Source: Paecilomyces variotii (taxonomy: Eukaryota). Taken from it: a DNA stretch of 64,000 bases. The notes under the pieces are model-generated. The model saw nothing but the letters and a program-made list of their open reading frames with translations. It did no database searches and was not told the origin of the DNA. Below are positions 12,291 through 26,045 of this stretch, piece after piece. Numbering within the stretch: position 1 is the first letter of the stretch; every line of letters begins with the position of its first letter. The position numbers and the translations under genes are program-made. The DNA lies in NCBI GenBank assembly GCA_004022145.1, contig RCNU01000004.1; one strand, given 5' to 3'.

Positions 12291-13117
12291 TGCGACTAGA
12301 CTTGTCACTATTTCCTGGAGTGAGCAGGAAAGTAAGTTTAGAGAGTGCGAAACAAGACGGGCACAGTACTTAACTGGTCTCGTGCGGGGCCCCGTGGGTG
12401 CTCAAGAATCGCTACTTAAATGGTGTGGCCGCTTCTTCGGCAGAAATGGAATCTCGACTCGGTGAGATTGACTGTCTGGAATATATAACTAAGTCTTTAG
12501 CAGGCCGAAGCAGGCTGGGACTTATATTCTCCAGCAAGCTCAGGCTATTGTCCCTATGGGTGGAGCTCGTTGAGGGGAAGTCGTGGGAGAAATCCGCAAG
12601 TGACTCCCTAGCTAGGCAGGTGTTTCTCTGGGAGTTAGTTTTACATTAGGTGACTTTTATGTGGTGGATATTAGGGATACTTACTTAGTGGGCAAGGAAG
12701 CAGTTTTATCTTCCGGGCTTCATTCCCTAGAATTCCCTCAGTATGCACTCAAGGTCGCAGCCAAAAGTCAAAATAACAACTATATACATAATGACAGGGA
12801 GTAGCTCTCATCGTGATCTATGCGACATAGAATGTAATAGTTAGTCCAAAACAAGGACTGGTTGTTCGAGTATCGCTTGTAGTAGTTACCGTTCGCCGGT
12901 TTTGAACGCAGCGCTGACAAAGACTTGAAGCATGGCATGATCTGAACGGAGCTATATAAGTGTCCCCCCTAGCTCATATAGTATAGTCTGCGCCATACTA
13001 CCTTCTTGTATGTATCATACTATCTGTTCGGTCACTTGGATAGTCACATCGTATATCTTCGCTAGAATTGACCTTCCGGAAGAACAGCAACAATCTAGTG
13101 TTTGTCCTTGCTAGACA

Positions 13118-14485
13118 ATGACCGAAACACAGCAGCAAAGAACTCTATTCTCGTTTCCTGCTATACCACCTGGTCCACCTTCGCGACGAAATTGGTATCA
13201 AGAACTACTGGACGATCCTGAATGCCAAAATGACCCCGTCAGTTTTCCATTTAATATCTCCTTTGATGCTATTATAGGACCTTACTGCTTGATCAATATT
13301 TGTACTCCGTTAGATATCTTTCATGAATACCGAAGTCCCATTTGATTGAAGCAACGGCTTCCCTAATGTGCTAGACAATATCGCAGATGGGAGAAGCAGG
13401 TCGCTTTCGCTGGGCTTCGTCCAATGTTCTTTGGGGTTGAAATGATCAAGCTACGGTAACTGACTTCCCCGCAGAAGAAAGTGCAGGAAGCATACGAATC
13501 TCACCGCCATGCCATCCTGTCGCGATCTATCGGAGAATTCCGATCCTTGGCTAGATCCATATCTGAGGACATTCCAACCCTGATCACGCCGGATGTGGCC
13601 CTCATCCAACATGTCTCTCGTCAGATGGCCGGCTCGAAAGCCCACGAACCATTTCCCTTATCTCCTGCCAACTGTCTCGTTTTCTGGGCCCGTCCTCCAC
13701 ATTTCATACTTGAGTTAATGGAATCCATTCAGAGTGGGCTCTCCTCCTTAGCAGGTCGAGACCTGTATCTCGTGCCTCTCCCGCATATGCATCTATCCGT
13801 CATGGAACTCTCACATCGACATCCTATTGCCCATCTACGGGCCGTATACAATGTCGTCGGAGAGTCCCTTCTTCATACGATGGCGGACGTTCCTTTCACC
13901 AAATACAAAGAGTCTCAGGGAAGATCAGTGGCCAGGTTGATAAAACCACAGCTGATGATGGATCGTGCGGGAGTGGCAGTGACGTTTGTTCCTGACTACT
14001 CTCCACAGGAAGGAATGGATAATAGCGGGCAGGATATAACTAAGAACAACCCTTTCACATACCATCATCTCCGTGCTTCAATGCAGGAGCTCGCATTATC
14101 GAGTGGTATCGAGATAGATACGTCCTATACCGCCCCAAGTGCTCATATTACGATCGCACGATTCGTATCCTCGCACTTCTTCGATGGAGGTGAAAAGCAT
14201 GCTACCAGTCCTCCTGTCCCAATATCGCCTCCTACCGAGCAGTCGCCCTTGTCTCCTAGTGGAAATCAGAATCAGCGAAGAGTGCAGAAAGCAGAGCAGT
14301 GGGTCGATTTAATCCACGGCATCAATGAGGAGCTAGGGAAACAGTCAGAAGATCCGGTTTTTAAGGAACAACTGGAATGGGTAGTCGGTCAGCAAAGGGG
14401 ACTCGAGCTTCAGTTGGGCTACGTCAAATTTGGACGAGAAACTGAGAGAGCCGAGATGGTCGGACAGGCGGTGCCACTGGCGTAG
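13118..14485 (+). CDS. 2H-phosphoesterase family protein (RNA ligase/cyclic phosphodiesterase-like), intron 13238-13474
   Basis: Two Hx(S/T) motifs, MHLSVMEL and AHITIARF; the 120-nt exon 1 splices in frame to ORF 13481-14485. Confidence 0.75.
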
Positions 14486-15057
14486 CCTCAGATGCCAGAA
14501 CGGTTCTAATATTTGGCAAAATGCAAAGGGAAACTATCACTTAATCATTCCAAGTATCAAATTTAATTGGTGCGAACAGGTAATAATGATGGGTTGAACG
14601 AATCTAACTTTACAATCTAATCTCATCCGTTCAAATATATGTATTTCATCACCTTCTCAATTACCTTTCGCAAGCAACAATTTGAATTGCTCTTATGATG
14701 TATATAATGTTAATATTCAGGAATATCCAAAGATTAATTTGTGATCCTGATCGTTGTTGCCTGCCACAAAGCGACATTTTATTCGCCACACCGCCGCCCC
14801 AACCTCGGGCTGCGCAGAGCAGACTGCGCTCAACTGGGAAATCAAGTCCGATGTATGTACCTGGAAGACCCTCTATCGGATCAGTGGCAAAGATGCGAGG
14901 ACCTCGTAGATATATAATAATAATTTCGATTTCTTTGCTGAGAATTTTTCACTTGCTCAGACTAGAAGGGAACTGAGGCTTTTGAGTTCTGGCAGAACTA
15001 GAAGTGAAGTGACAAGATACAGTGGAGTACATCCATAGTTACTTCGAAGCCCACAAG

Positions 15058-16722
15058 ATGTCTTTCCCCGGACTGCCTCGAGATGCAACCCGTATGCTCA
15101 AAACGACATACACTCCTCTCTTGGAATTCATGCATGATGTTGTAGGATTTGATCCCATGATCCTCGTAAACATCGGGATCATACTTGTTGGCCTATTTAC
15201 TTTCCTCCACTATGTCGGGAATTTCCTGTACAGATCTGCGCAGAAAGTATGCCTCTCGACTGTGCGCGTGAATGAGGAAGACCTACTATATCAGCATATT
15301 ATGCGATGGATGACCGATCACCAGTTTCAGAATCGCCAGTTCCGCTCCGTCAAGGCTATTAGTACGCCCAAATCTACCTGGGAGGATGAAGAAGAGGCTG
15401 TTCGGACCATAGTCGAGCAGAAGTTTGAAAAGGACTCGGATGCTCTGATTAGTTACCGTGCTATTGCTGGTCGGACGCCTATAAGGCTCGAACCCTTCCA
15501 GGGCACGCGCATATTCTGCCATCGCGGAAAATGGTTCTTATTCAGTCATGAAGTTAACACAAAGACGCCAGTGGTGCAGATGCCCAACTACCAAGAACGC
15601 GGAAATATCAAGCTGCAATGTTTCGGAAGTTCTACGGCTCCGTTGCAGTCTCTACTGGAGGCAGCGCAGTTGCATGATCTGGAGAAATCCATGACTACTA
15701 CCATAGTCTATCGCGCGATATCTAATGTTCGAGACATCGTACGTTGGCAGAAGTTCAGTGCTCGTCCCTCCCGTGATATCTCCACTGTTATCTTCGCTAA
15801 GGAGAAGAAACAGGCCCTCCTCGAGGATATCAATGAGTATCTCCACCCGCATACCCGACGCTGGTACGCCAATCATGGTATTCCATGTCGCCGTGGCTAT
15901 CTATTCTCCGGGGAACCAGGCACAGGAAAGACTAGTTTGACCTCTGCGCTAGCTGGAGTTTTTGGCCTGGACATCTACGTACTCAGCCTCCTGGACCCGA
16001 ACCTGAACGAATCGCAACTCATGAGACTCATGTCCGAGGTGCCGTCACGATGCATCGTCCTCCTCGAAGACGTCGACGCTGCTGGATTGATACGCCCCGG
16101 GTTCACGAACCAAGACACAAACCGCGGTGCCAATTTGAGAGCTCGGAATTCTAGACATGGAAAATCGAGATCCGCATACGAAGACGCTCTTGACGCAGCA
16201 GCAGGACTGCCCATGTCGACTCAGCACAACCAAGCCCCAGCTCCAGGAGTGGCTGTCTCACTGTCTGGTCTTCTGAATGCTATTGACGGCGTCTCTTCTC
16301 AAGAAGGTCGCATCTTAATCATGACCACAAACTCAGCTGAATCGCTTGATCGGGCCCTCGTCCGACCCGGAAGGGTAGACATGCACATCTCTTTCGAACT
16401 ACCAGGTCGAGAAGAGCTGCGCGAGTTGTTCCTTAGCATGTACACGGATACCACTAGCTCAGAGATGACTGGCCAGGTTATACAACGTGACGACAAATCT
16501 GTGCCAAGTCAGGTCTTGGAGTCTGAAAAGAAAGACCTCGAGTCCATGGCGGCCCAGTTTGCGGAGGCGCTGCCAGAGAAGAAGCTCAGTTTGGCTGCCG
16601 CGCAGGGCTTTTTGCTGCAATATAAGCGACAGCCACGAGAAGCGTGTGAGCAAGCCGCGGACTGGGCAGATGAGACCTGGAAGAGGCTAGAAAGGGAAGA
16701 CGAAGAAAGGCGATTGGATTAG
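15058..16722 (+). CDS. BCS1-like AAA ATPase (paralog)
   Basis: N-terminal TM segment, WYANHGIPCRRGYLFSGEPGTGKTS (Walker A), VLLEDVD (Walker B), SLSGLLNAIDG, LVRPGRVD. Confidence 0.92.
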   Translation: MSFPGLPRDATRMLKTTYTPLLEFMHDVVGFDPMILVNIGIILVGLFTFLHYVGNFLYRSAQKVCLSTVRVNEEDLLYQHIMRWMTDHQFQNRQFRSVKAISTPKSTWEDEEEAVRTIVEQKFEKDSDALISYRAIAGRTPIRLEPFQGTRIFCHRGKWFLFSHEVNTKTPVVQMPNYQERGNIKLQCFGSSTAPLQSLLEAAQLHDLEKSMTTTIVYRAISNVRDIVRWQKFSARPSRDISTVIFAKEKKQALLEDINEYLHPHTRRWYANHGIPCRRGYLFSGEPGTGKTSLTSALAGVFGLDIYVLSLLDPNLNESQLMRLMSEVPSRCIVLLEDVDAAGLIRPGFTNQDTNRGANLRARNSRHGKSRSAYEDALDAAAGLPMSTQHNQAPAPGVAVSLSGLLNAIDGVSSQEGRILIMTTNSAESLDRALVRPGRVDMHISFELPGREELRELFLSMYTDTTSSEMTGQVIQRDDKSVPSQVLESEKKDLESMAAQFAEALPEKKLSLAAAQGFLLQYKRQPREACEQAADWADETWKRLEREDEERRLD

Positions 16723-16970
16723 TTGACTGTATGCACGGTGCTCGACAATATCAAGATGACGGTTTGAAAAAAAGACATCGCACAGCATTTTCGACGAATA
16801 AATGAATTACAACCCATTGTTTCAAGCCGTCCTCTGCATAGCAGAAGTCGGCTAGGTAATCCGAAGTCTTAGAATATGTTTCAGTTAATTTTAATTTTTA
16901 TGAAGCCAAACGAGATATACTGTACAATAAGGATACTTTTCATATCACCTGAGACATCAAAAATGAATTT

Positions 16971-18499
16971 CTATGCGTTCCAGGTCGTCGGAACTTGAGG
17001 GTATTTCTCTGCCTCAAGACCCAGGTCCTCGTAAACAGCATGATCACCTGCACACACGATCAGCAAGTACCAATAGACCATTCTAATAGACGACTTACCT
17101 CCAAGAGCCTCAATTCGTTCTTCGTTTTCTTCCTCCAGTTTCTCAACTTCCTCCCCGGGCTGTTCTTCGTGAGGCTGCTTCCCACCAGGCTCGGCGGTTG
17201 CGGCCTTTCCAAGCTCATCTTGACCTTCTCCAATCATCAAGAACTGTGCATTCGGATAATCGATCAGTTCTGGCTCCAGAGGAATCCAGCGATAATCACC
17301 AAATTTCTCCTGGACGCTGTGCTCACACCCCGTTAGCAGCGGTCAAGTCTCTAGGGGAATTCTGCAGGTACTCACTGTTCAGGATATTCGGGGTTTTTAG
17401 GTAGCTGTGCTGGACCAGGGTACTTCGGATTCTTCGACTGGAGGATCCAACTGCCACGCTTATGGAGACCGAAATCCTGTTGGATGTCCCCGGCTTCCGA
17501 AGGAACCGTTAGAATATAAGCAAGATGAGAAGCACGCTTTGTGGAAGTTATGGCGTAGACTCCCTCTGCATAAGGCTTGGCCTCCGGTTTGGTGCGTTCG
17601 CCCCTGGTTGATGTTTCATAGCTACCTCCTGCGATGAACTGTTCGTGGAGGTCCTTCATGGACATCCCCGCCTTTTCGACGAAGCCCATATCCCTCTCCC
17701 TACCAGAAGTGGGAAACTTCTTCTTGGGTAGCATCAACAAGCGGCAGTTCTGGGCTTCGACACGACCCTTGTCCAGAGTCGCTCCAAGCGGAGTGGGACG
17801 CAAGACGCAAAAGCTCCTCGCAACCTCATTGATACTGTGCGGTTCCTCAACATTCACGCGAGGTCTGAAGAAGAAGTAAATGATTCCCTTTTCCAAGATA
17901 TTTGATGGAACGATATTCTCCCTCTCCTTAGATTCTTTGAGACCAGTGGAGGCACCGTTAGCCGTTTCAGGCTCCTTCTCGGGAGGCTTGTGCTCAGGAG
18001 TAGTTTCCTTTGCTTCATGGCCTTTCGAGGTGTTAGCTGTGCCGATAAAGGACAGAAGCAACGAAGACATCTCTATGATGGTATTCACAGTGATCTTACC
18101 ATTTGGCGCCTGCGAAACTCCGTTTCCTTCATCCTTCTCTCGTGGCTCTTCCTTGGGCTTCGCCTCTTCAGGTGCTTCTGGTTTCTCCCCTTCAGCGGTC
18201 TCGGGCTTCTCTTCTTCACCCTTCTTCGGTTCTTCTCCACGACCCTCTTCCTCCTGCTTAGCAGCCTCCGCTTTCTCTGTCTCCTCTCTCTGCTTGGCGT
18301 CTTCCTCGGCTTGTCTGGCACCTTCCGCCTTCTTCATGTCATTTGTCTTCTTAGTCTCTTCATTCTTCTTCCCTCGTTTGGCTGCAGGGCCCTTCGCAGC
18401 GGATCCCCTACGCTTCGCGCCCGCTTTCGAGTCGGAACCCCCGGTAATTGCCTGATTGGCCCTCTGTGCAGCTTGGCGAGTTGATGTTCTTGCGGCCAT
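16971..18499 (-). CDS. Conserved fungal hypothetical protein (K/E-rich N-terminus), multi-exon
   Basis: 375-aa ORF with globular block ILEKGIIYFFFRPRV...AEGVYAIT...HLAYILTVP; further exons downstream via GT-AG introns. Confidence 0.8.
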
Positions 18500-18886
18500 T
18501 GTGACAGTGCCCTTAAATGAATGTCACAATTGGGTAAATAATAGAGACGATAAAGTCCGTTGAGTAAGTAAAGAGCTCCTATGATACGATAGAGCCCCTG
18601 TATGAGAGGTGCTGATGCAAGAGAACACAATGAGGTTGGGGAAGTCGATGGCCGAATGAAAGGTGCCTGACGTCATGCCTCTTTCCTCAGGAATCCGCTC
18701 GATTCTTACCACGTGATAAGATTACGAGGAGCATCACGTGGATACGGGATTGCGACAACAGTCAACAGGACACCTATCCAGCATCGACATGAGGATAGAT
18801 GATTGTCATTTGATCGGAAGTTTGCCGAGAAGCAGACCTGTATGACTGGAACCGTTAATGCTTTTGCATCCCGTAGGAAGTAGTAA

Positions 18887-19531
18887 TCAATCCACGTCCA
18901 TTTTGTCGTCCGACTCCGCGTCTCTTTTCGATTCCGTTCCATTTGCTGTCGTGGAAAATGTTAACGGCGTAGAAGGTCGGCTGTCGCTGCTGATAGGCGA
19001 ACTGCTAGCAATTGGTGCTATGTTTATGTCTTCCTTGAACCGTCTACTCCTCCTCCGCAATCGCTTGGGGGTGAGAATACCCCCATCAGCTTTGCTGTCG
19101 TGTGTCTCTGTAAATGCAGAGGGCGATTCTGTTTGGTAAGGGTAATATGTATACGCCTCTGAAGGTCCGGGCTTCCTTTTTCTGCCTCTCTTTGTAGATT
19201 TCCGCGGGCGGCTATCTGCACTGTCTGAGTTGCAGTCAAGATTGCGCAGAGAATCGACAAGGTCGTCTTGTGTATGCGCTGCAAAGCTTCGTAGTTTGGG
19301 TGTCTCCGACAATGCGGTCTCCGGCGTAATGGGATCGTCTGGTTCTTCAATGGCATATGGTTTTACCACCTCAACATCCCCATCATATCCCGGATCTTGC
19401 GAGGTGACTTCCTCTAAGTCGAAATTATCGTGAGAAGGACTACCATTTGCAGAGTGACTGTTCCACCCGCCGGACACTGGAGATTCTGGTTCTTGGTGAA
19501 TTTTGGTCATAATGCTGGGAACCATGAACAT
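18887..19531 (-). CDS. Hypothetical disordered S/D-rich protein with basic NLS-like patches
   Basis: Open frame of ~214 aa with DPGYDGDVEVVKPYAIEEPD and KRGRKRK; start uncertain. Confidence 0.6.
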   Translation of the reverse strand: MFMVPSIMTKIHQEPESPVSGGWNSHSANGSPSHDNFDLEEVTSQDPGYDGDVEVVKPYAIEEPDDPITPETALSETPKLRSFAAHTQDDLVDSLRNLDCNSDSADSRPRKSTKRGRKRKPGPSEAYTYYPYQTESPSAFTETHDSKADGGILTPKRLRRRSRRFKEDINIAPIASSSPISSDSRPSTPLTFSTTANGTESKRDAESDDKMDVD

Positions 19532-20292
19532 CCGGCATTGACTGTTGTTCAAGAGGCTCTTTTTTCATACCGGAGCAATTCCCAGTGAGTCCCCGCTTCC
19601 TTGCTTACAGTTTTTTCCAGCCATCCAGAGCGTGAATTGAATACCGGCTACCTAGCTGGTGGAGATGTTATGGGACTTCCCGTAGTCAACGTGATGTAAG
19701 CATGACCGTGGCTCCAAAACCCTCCTTATAGGAGAGTCCAGATAGAGATATGGAAGCTATGTAGAATTAGTCTGGAGTTAGGAAGCTTTTTATGTAATAT
19801 TTTAGGAGCAGAGGGACGCAGAAATAATTGAAAACATGCAGCGGGAGACGTAAAGGTAGTGACTGAAGTTCCTGGAATAAGGTGACCGGAAAAGAGAAGA
19901 AATGGACATGAAATCCGCAGACATATAGCATGTAAGAGAAACAACCAGCTGCCCCTCTGGCCGTCTAGATCATACTCTGATCCCATCGAAATAAACCGAG
20001 ATGATGTTCGCGGGACATGGAATCCCCCCTGGTGGCTCATTTGCGGCGGTGCGGAGGGCGCCATTGGCCAGCTCCACTCGCTTAGTGGCTCCGCGACATA
20101 AACCACAATAAGTCCACGTACCGCTAAAGCTGGCATGTCCATAGACAAGCTGGCCGCAACGCTCCAACCTCATCCGCGCTCCTTCTGAACTTTTGTTTGG
20201 AGTTGATGCGGTGGACGCATTAGCTGTATTCTATTGACCGGTGTGCGGAGCGTGCTACTTTATGGTGCGGCTCCGGCCAACCCTCCTTCAAC

Positions 20293-23200
20293 ATGCAGTC
20301 CTCTCCGAACATGCTCACCAAGGCACGTCCGCGCTCCCCTTATCCGCCACGCCAGTTCCATACTGACGGTTATGATCTTATAGTTTGAGTCGAAGTCATC
20401 CAGAGCAAAGGGAATCGCCTTCCACCCGAAACGGTTAGAAGTTCTCGAAGCGCAATGCATCGTCGTTTCGGTACTAACTTGGGAACAGGCCATGGATTCT
20501 CGTATCCCTCCACTCCTCAACGATCCAGCTCTGGGATTATCGCATGGGAACACTCATTGATCGCTTCGAAGAACACGATGGACCCGTGAGAGGAATAGAC
20601 TTCCACAAGACGCAACCGTTGTTCGTATCCGGTGGTGATGATTACAAGATCAAGGTCTGGAGCTACCAGACGCGGAGGTGCCTGTTCACGCTCAATGGCC
20701 ACTTGGACTACGTTCGGACGGTATTCTTCCACCATGAGCTTCCGTGGATCTTGTCAGCCTCCGATGACCAGACGATCAGAATATGGAATTGGCAGAACAG
20801 GTCGTTGAGTAAGTGGTGTTGCGCTCGCCCTGGAAGACGGCCGCTGACAACTCGACCCAGTCTGCACCATGACCGGTCACAATCACTATGTGATGTGTGC
20901 ACAGTTCCACCCCAAAGACGATCTGATTGTTTCTGCCTCCCTGGATCAGTCTGTCCGCGTCTGGGATATTACCGGGCTCCGAAAGAAGCACTCTGCGCCA
21001 ACTTCTATCTCCTTCGAAGACCAAATGGCCCGCGCCAATTCCAGCCAGGCCGATATGTTTGGAAACACAGATGCGGTGGTGAAATTTGTTCTCGAGGGTC
21101 ATGATCGGGGGGTCAACTGGGTTTCCTTCCACCCTAGCCTCCCATTGATCGTTTCCGCCGGAGACGACCGTCTGATCAAGTTGTGGCGCATGAGTGGTGA
21201 GTACCAACGGCCCAATACACGGGGAATTTTCTCTAACATGCAACAGACACGAAAGCATGGGAAGTGGATACGTGCCGTGGCCACTTCCAGAACGTTTCCG
21301 CATGTCTTTTCCACCCCCACCAAGATCTCATATTGTCCGTCGGCGAGGATAAAACAATCAGAGTATGGGACCTCAACAAGCGAACGTCCGTGCAATCCTT
21401 CAAGCGGGATCTTGATAGGTTCTGGGTGATTGCTGCTCACCCAGAGATCAATCTCTTCGCTGCGGGCCATGACACTGGTGTGATGGTTTTCAAGCTCGAG
21501 AGAGAACGCCCAGCATCCGCTGTCTACCAGAATCAGGTGTTCTACATTACGAAGGAGAAGCATGTCAAATCTTACGATTTCGCGAAGAACATCGAGTCAC
21601 CGTCCATGTTGTCGCTGCGAAAGTTGGGCGCTCCTTGGGTACCCCCGCGAACGCTTTCCTACAACCCGGCAGAGCGGGCCATCTTGGTCACTTCTCCTAC
21701 TGACGGAGGCACATACGAGCTTATTAACCTGCCACGGGACGCTACTGGAGCTGTAGAGCCCACTGACTTGAAGCGCGGCCAGGGTACTTCCGCTGTGTTC
21801 GTCGCGCGTAACCGATTTGCGGTCTTCAACGTCTCCAACCAGCAGGTGGATATCAAGGACCTGAGTAACTCCACCACGAAGACAATTAAGCCACCTGCCG
21901 GAACAACGGACATCTACTTCGGTGGTACCGGGTGCCTACTGTTCCTCACCCCTACGACCGTTGTTCTTTTCGACATTCAACAGAAGAAGCAGTTGGCCGA
22001 GCTGGCAGTGAGCGGAGTGAAATATGTTGTCTGGTCGAATGACGGTCTGTATGCGGCTCTTCTGAGCAAGCACAATGTGACAATTGTGACCAAGACCCTC
22101 GAGCAAGTGAGCACTCTCCACGAGACTATTCGGATAAAGAGTGCTACCTGGGATGACGCTGGCGTACTCCTCTACTCCACTCTTAACCATGTCAAATACT
22201 CTCTTCTTAACGGGTAAGCCCTCCGATCCACTGTTGCATTATTGTACATACTAATATCTGCACAGAGACAATGGAATTGTCCGTACTCTCGACCAGACTG
22301 TCTACCTTGTCCGGGTCAAGGGCCGCAACGTCTACTGCCTGGACCGCACAGCCAAGCCCAGAATCCTGGAGATTGATCCTACCGAGTACCGTTTCAAACT
22401 TGCCTTGATCAAGCGAAATTATGACGAGATGCTCCAGATCATCAAGACTTCCAGTCTCGTCGGACAGAGCATCATCTCGTACCTGCAGAAGAAAGGCTAC
22501 CCGGAGATCGCTCTGCAGTTCGTCCAGGATCCTCAGACTCGGTTCGAGCTTGCCCTTGAGTGCGGTAATCTCGAGGTCGCCATCGAAATGGCAAAGGAAC
22601 TGGACCGACCCAAGCTCTGGAGCCGCCTTGGAGCGGAGGCACTGGCGCACGGTAACCACCAGACCGTGGAAATGACGTACCAAAAGCAGAGACAGTTTGA
22701 TAAGCTGTCTTTTCTCTATCTAGCTTCTGGTGACCACGACAAGCTCGCAAGAATGGCTAAGATCGCCGAGCACAGAGGTGATTTCACGTCACGGTTCCAA
22801 AACTCCGTCTACCGCGGTGATGTCGAGGACAGGATACAGATGTTCAAAGAAGTCGATCTATGTAGGTTTTTTCTTTACCCTAGTCACCAACAAAACTAAC
22901 CTTTCTAGACCCCCTTGCCTACTTGACGGCCAAATCTCACGGTCTGACTGAGGAGGCAGAGGCTATCCTCGAGAGCTGTGGCTTAACCGCAGACGATGTT
23001 ACTCTCCCGAAAGTGGGAGTTCCTTCGCGTCCTGCCAGGCCCGTTGTCCCCACCTACAAGTCCAACTGGCCCGTCAAAGCTGCTGGTCACTCTTCCTTCG
23101 AGAAAGCACTGCTGGGTGAGGTGGGTGCTATTGACGAAGAAGCTGCCGCAAATGGCTACGGATTGGAGAAAGAGGAAGAGGAGGCTGGCGATCTCGGCCG

Positions 23201-24305
23201 TGACACACTGGAAGAAGAGGAAGAAGACGTCGCCGGTTGGGATATGGGAGAGGAAATCATCGTCGAAGACGAAGGTGACTTTGTCAACGTTGACAGCGCC
23301 GAAGCGGGAGCGGGCAGCTCTGAGGCTGACCTGTGGGCCCGCAATTCTCCTCTGGCGGCGGACCATGTCGCTGCTGGCTCATTCGACACGGCTATGCAGC
23401 TCCTCAATCGCCAAGTGGGCGCAGTTCACTTTGCGCCACTGAAGGAGCGGTTCCTGGAGATCTACAAGGCTTCTAAGACATACCTCCCTGCGACAGCAGG
23501 ATTGCCGCCTCTGGTTAACTACGTGCGAAGGACCGTTGATGAGACCGACCCCCGCAAGCTCTTGCCTGTCATTCCTCGGGATTTGGAGACAATTGCAAAT
23601 GTCGACCTACAAGAAGGATACGCGGCGATGCGCACCAACAGACTTGAGGACGGTGTGAAGATCTTCAAGCGCATTCTGCACACTCTGCTTCTCAACGCTG
23701 TCACCTCTGAGAGCGAGGTTGAGCAGGCGAAGAAGATTATTACCACTGCCCGAGAGTACGTTCTTGCTATGTCTATCGAACTTTACCGCCGTTCGATAGG
23801 AACGGATACGCCCGAGAATCTGAAGAGAAGCCTGGAACTCTCGGCATACTTCACCATCCCCAAGCTCGAGGTCGCTCACCGCCAACTTGCTTTGATGGCA
23901 GCGATGAAGTTGGCTTTTGCCAACAAGAATTACTCTTCTGCACTCAGCTTCGCCAACCGCATGATCGCTAACGGTGGCTCTGCTAAGCTTCTCGACCAGG
24001 TAAGAATTATCTACGTAACTTGACTGAGTGCTTTAGTACTAACCCCAACTTAGGCCAAGAAGATCAAGGCTCAGTGCGAGCGCAACCCCCAGGATAAGAT
24101 CGAGATCGAATTCGACCAGTTCGCTGAATTCGATATCTGCGCTGCCTCGTATACGCCTATCTACACCGGATCTCCCAGCGTCTCAGACCCGTTCACGGGT
24201 GCCAAGTATCACGAACAGTACAAGGGCACCGTGTGCCGGATTTCGGACGTCACGGAAATCGGGGCACCGGCAAGTGGCCTGCGGTTGTTCTTCAACCAGA
24301 TCTGA
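20293..24305 (+). CDS. COP1: Coatomer subunit alpha (alpha-COP), multi-exon
   Basis: [19 protein letters not shown] start, WD40 repeats ([10 protein letters not shown]), [12 protein letters not shown]-terminal [10 protein letters not shown]...GLRL. Confidence 0.97.
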
Positions 24306-24729
24306 AGATGATGAATGTCTTGACGGCTCCTGTCTCTTGTATCTTTTCGAGATGAAAAGGATTTCATGCTTTCTTCTTGAATCCTTGACCCTGCTTCGCA
24401 GCAGGGGCAATTGTTGAGTGGCGCTATGGCTACAGGTGGTTTCCCTCGTAGACGTAGCTTTTGTTAAACCAGTTTGATAATAATAAGCGGCCTTCTTACT
24501 TTCTTCACTGTTCTGTTATGTAGCACCCTATACTATACTCTAACTGGAGAAAAAATGCATTGATCATCTATAGTAGTACATATTCATAGAGTAAACGCGC
24601 TGTTTCTAGAGTAGAGAGATGTGCAGCCGCCCATGCAATGCAATGACGCCAATGTCCGTATACGACCATGAACCATGAGACCCATATCTTACAAACGTGT
24701 TCATAATACCCCCCCCGCGGGCCAACTTC

Positions 24730-25461
24730 TCAGTCGCAACGTCCATCCTTCCAACCCGTCCTCCACCTCTCCTCCCAGAACCGACAATCGAACTCCGGCT
24801 TGCCCAATTTGCGATTCACAGCATTATGCGCCTCGCACATCCAATTTCCAAACTCCCCTCGTCCCGACAACCGCGGTGCATTCCGGGGATCGGCCATCCA
24901 CGTCCGGAAGTCGTCCGCACACACCCAGCACGGGTACAGGCGCGAGAAGAGACCTAGGAAAGACTTCATTTCCGTCTGCTGTTCGGGCGACGCTGTGCTA
25001 GGGTACGCGGCTGTGAGGGAGTGGAGGAGAGTCCACGTGGATCGGCCTAGCGCTTCGACATCAGGAGGACATTCGTTCTGAGTTGCTGAGGGAGTGGAAG
25101 TAGATGTAGACGGTGTGGTTGATGTCGTGGATGTAGTAGCGGTAGCGGCAGCAGCAGCGGTAGCGGTAGAGGAGGATGCGGCGGCTTTCTTTGCCATGGC
25201 TTTCCAGGATGCGGCGGAGGTGCAGAGACGGCATCTATAAGATATTATAGTGTTAGGCACAGTTTATCTTTTCGAATGCTATGAGCGATGAGAATTAGCG
25301 TAAACGTACGGCTTTCCATCTTTATCCAGGACAACGCCCTTGGGCAGGTCCTGGTTTTGGTTTCCATCCTGTTGCTTTCCAGACGAAGGACCAGCTGGAG
25401 CTTGGTTGCGCTTCTGCTGCTGGCGCAGAGCTTCCATCTGTTCTTCCAGAATCTCCGCCAT
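24730..25461 (-). CDS. ERV1: Mitochondrial FAD-linked sulfhydryl oxidase Erv1, 2 exons
   Basis: DGKP/CRLC shuttle disulfide, CPPDVEALGRSTW, YPCWVCA, CEAHNAVNRKLGKPEFDC. Confidence 0.95.
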
Positions 25462-26045
25462 GATCTGTGTTCTGTCGTGGGGTAGTGATGATCGGGGTAA
25501 GTAGTTCAATAACGAAAGGATCCCTCAGACAGGCTAAGTAGATAGATTTGAAACAAAAGAACGTAAGAGAGAAACTGTACAGGTCGAATGGATACACGGC
25601 ACAAAACCGGAGCGGCCAAATTACTAAGGCGATGCGCAGTAGTTAACCAGTTAGTTCATTAAGTCATGGAAATGTCGCCGAAGGAAGAAGCTTTGTCAGG
25701 AAAATCCCGAAGTTGTTAAATAACTGGTTGAATTCGGTGATAAATTATTAGTCCCCGGATTCCGCCCAAGTTGGCCCTGGCGCCGCAAAGCTCAGGCCGC
25801 CTTGCCCATTCCTAGTAAGTAACGTGGAAAGCGGAGAAGCCGAAGACGAAGGAAACGCGACAGGACAGGACAACGTTGGGAAGTGTTCACAACACGGGTC
25901 TATTCACTTATTGCTATTAATCATTGCTATTCCGAGATATCTTTTCTCCTGGATCACGTCACTGCGCGATTATTGACGCGTGGGGCGTCTCTTTATCGGA
26001 CGAACTTGCAACACTTCGCGACGCCATTGAGATCACGGCGCCGGG

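Noticed and set aside
17880-18484. Long plus-strand ORFs (191 and 164 aa)
   Set aside because: Antisense shadows of a K/E-rich minus-strand gene
25085-25190. Triplet-like repeats
   Set aside because: Encode the Ala/Thr/Ser linker of Erv1; not an independent repeat or array
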